DNA of 64,000 bases. It comes from Octopus sinensis. Taxonomy: Eukaryota. A program made the translations under genes and the position numbers. A model generated the notes under the pieces. It worked only from the letters and a program-made list of their open reading frames with translations. It was not told where the DNA came from and did no database searches. This document shows, piece after piece, positions 62,651 to 64,000 of this stretch (positions are counted from its first letter, which is position 1; each line of letters begins with the position of its first letter). The stretch covers positions 92,256,001 to 92,320,000 of the forward strand of contig NC_042998.1 of NCBI RefSeq assembly GCF_006345805.1, given 5' to 3'.

Positions 62651-63889
62651 CTCTGCTCATGTATTTTCTGCAGCTGTCAGCTATGTAATAGTAGTATTAA
62701 CATTATTGATCTCATTGGTCTGGGGTAGCCTGCACAAACTATGGGCACTACTACTTCTAGATCAAACCAATTAAAAAAAAAAAACTTTTACAGAAGGATG
62801 TAATTTTTCTAGCTAAACTTCCCTATATTCTAAACATAAAACCTTGGATCTAATATTCTCTTTGATCTGTGATAATGTCATTTTTTTCAATCTCCAAATA
62901 ATCAACTTGTGTCTTGTAATGTCTTTCACTTCTTTTCTGATATTTAGTCAATTACCATTAATAAAACTCAAATTTCTGGTTCTGTAACATATATCCCATT
63001 TCTAATAACACAACATTTACTTCATCCTTCAGTGAAAACTATCTTTATTCTTCTTGCTATCTGCAAATATTTGAAGTCTCATTGACTCACTCAACAATAA
63101 TTCCTTCTTCCTGCTTATCTCGATGGTTATCTATTCCACACAGCTTCAGTGTAATAATGTAGTATGTTTCCCCTTTATGAACTGGTGCTTAAATTCAGAT
63201 TTTATAGCATTACATGGATGACATAAAGGAGGAGAACAAGATGTGTTTGAGAAAGATATTCTACTGAATCAAGAAATGTACTAGTTTATAAAGATATAAA
63301 GACAGAATACTCCATACCAAGGGAGTAAATCTCTTGCAGTTTATGAATAATGATGATGCTGATATTAGATTGTCAATTGATCACCTTTTGGCATTAGTAG
63401 AAGATGAAATAACAGATCAACAGAAAACCAAGTTAAGAGTATTTACTTATGAGTAAACAGAGAAAATGAGTGACTTGGGTTTGGGGAAAAAAACTTGGCA
63501 ATAATGAGAGATAGTTTTATTTCTTCACCAAAATGCAAAAATATGAATGACCATAGAAACAGAGGCTGGTATCAAAATAGGTGGTATATTGCAGTCTAGA
63601 TTCTCATCAAATTTGAAACATATATATAGGGTTTGTTTGTACACAACAAGTTTTGATATATCAACAATACAAAAATCACAATTGAGGTAAATGTTTTTAA
63701 GTTTACCGACATGAATGCCTTCTACAACCATTAAAAACCATTTTTCAAAATAAAGAAATGCAGGCCACATGCAATATTATTTTCAAAAGCATTACATTCT
63801 AAATTTCCATACTCTATAGAACCCATTCACCAATTTCAATGCTAGGCATGTTTTTTGTTCTTTTTTTTTTTTCCTCTCAAAGAAATACA

Positions 63890-64000
63890 TTAAACAGAAA
63901 AATATTGGCCATTGCTTTCCTCATTGTGGTCTTTGGTAGTGTTATTTGGTCTTGTAGTTACCTCTTGGCTCACTGCTGGATCACAGGAAGCAGTGCATTG
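63890..64000 (-). CDS. Possible C-terminal end of a convergent minus-strand gene (runs off the window)
   Basis: 36 open codons from the window edge, QCTASCDPAVSQEVTTRPNNTTKDHNEESNGQYFSV*, followed by AT-rich UTR-like DNA with AATAAA on the minus strand at 63516-63521. Confidence 0.4.
   Translation of the reverse strand, partial: QCTASCDPAVSQEVTTRPNNTTKDHNEESNGQYFSV

Noticed and set aside
163-63770. Most ORFs in the supplied six-frame track (THTHTH, CVCVCV, YIYIYI peptides and SINE-derived ORFs)
   Set aside because: They are translations of microsatellites, SINEs or AT-rich introns; only those overlapping MLCK exons or the RTE fossil carry protein motifs.

Overview
AT-rich eukaryotic genomic DNA. 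The repeat families look like those of an octopod/coleoid cephalopod (inference from recognised SINE/MITE/RTE sequences). Positions 3.7-54.1 kb carry the 3' part of a + strand myosin light chain kinase-like gene. It has 12 coding exons (1,994 nt) with GT-AG sites in consistent phase, encoding three Ig domains, a Ser/Thr kinase domain, a calmodulin-binding helix (ARRKWQKNGTAIRALNHI) and a short tail; the 5' exons lie upstream of the window. Introns and downstream DNA contain tRNA-derived SINEs, three decayed mariner transposons, hAT/piggyBac/pogo-like MITEs, RTE and CR1/L2-like LINE fossils and microsatellites. The last 111 nt may be the C-terminus of a convergent minus-strand gene. The main unexplained structure is in the last MLCK intron (about 48.53-49.04 kb): a ~305-bp tandemly repeated unit. 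It folds into a ~215-nt rod with a G-U-biased stem and a GNRA cap, and carries type I hammerhead ribozyme motifs in BOTH polarities facing each other. This resembles a genome-integrated ambisense viroid-like or retrozyme-like circular RNA. Also noted: a candidate 36-nt in-frame cassette exon with an RxRxxS motif, a six-copy head-to-tail SINE train, and a 67-bp intronic hairpin near a kinase exon. All alignments and folds were done by eye.
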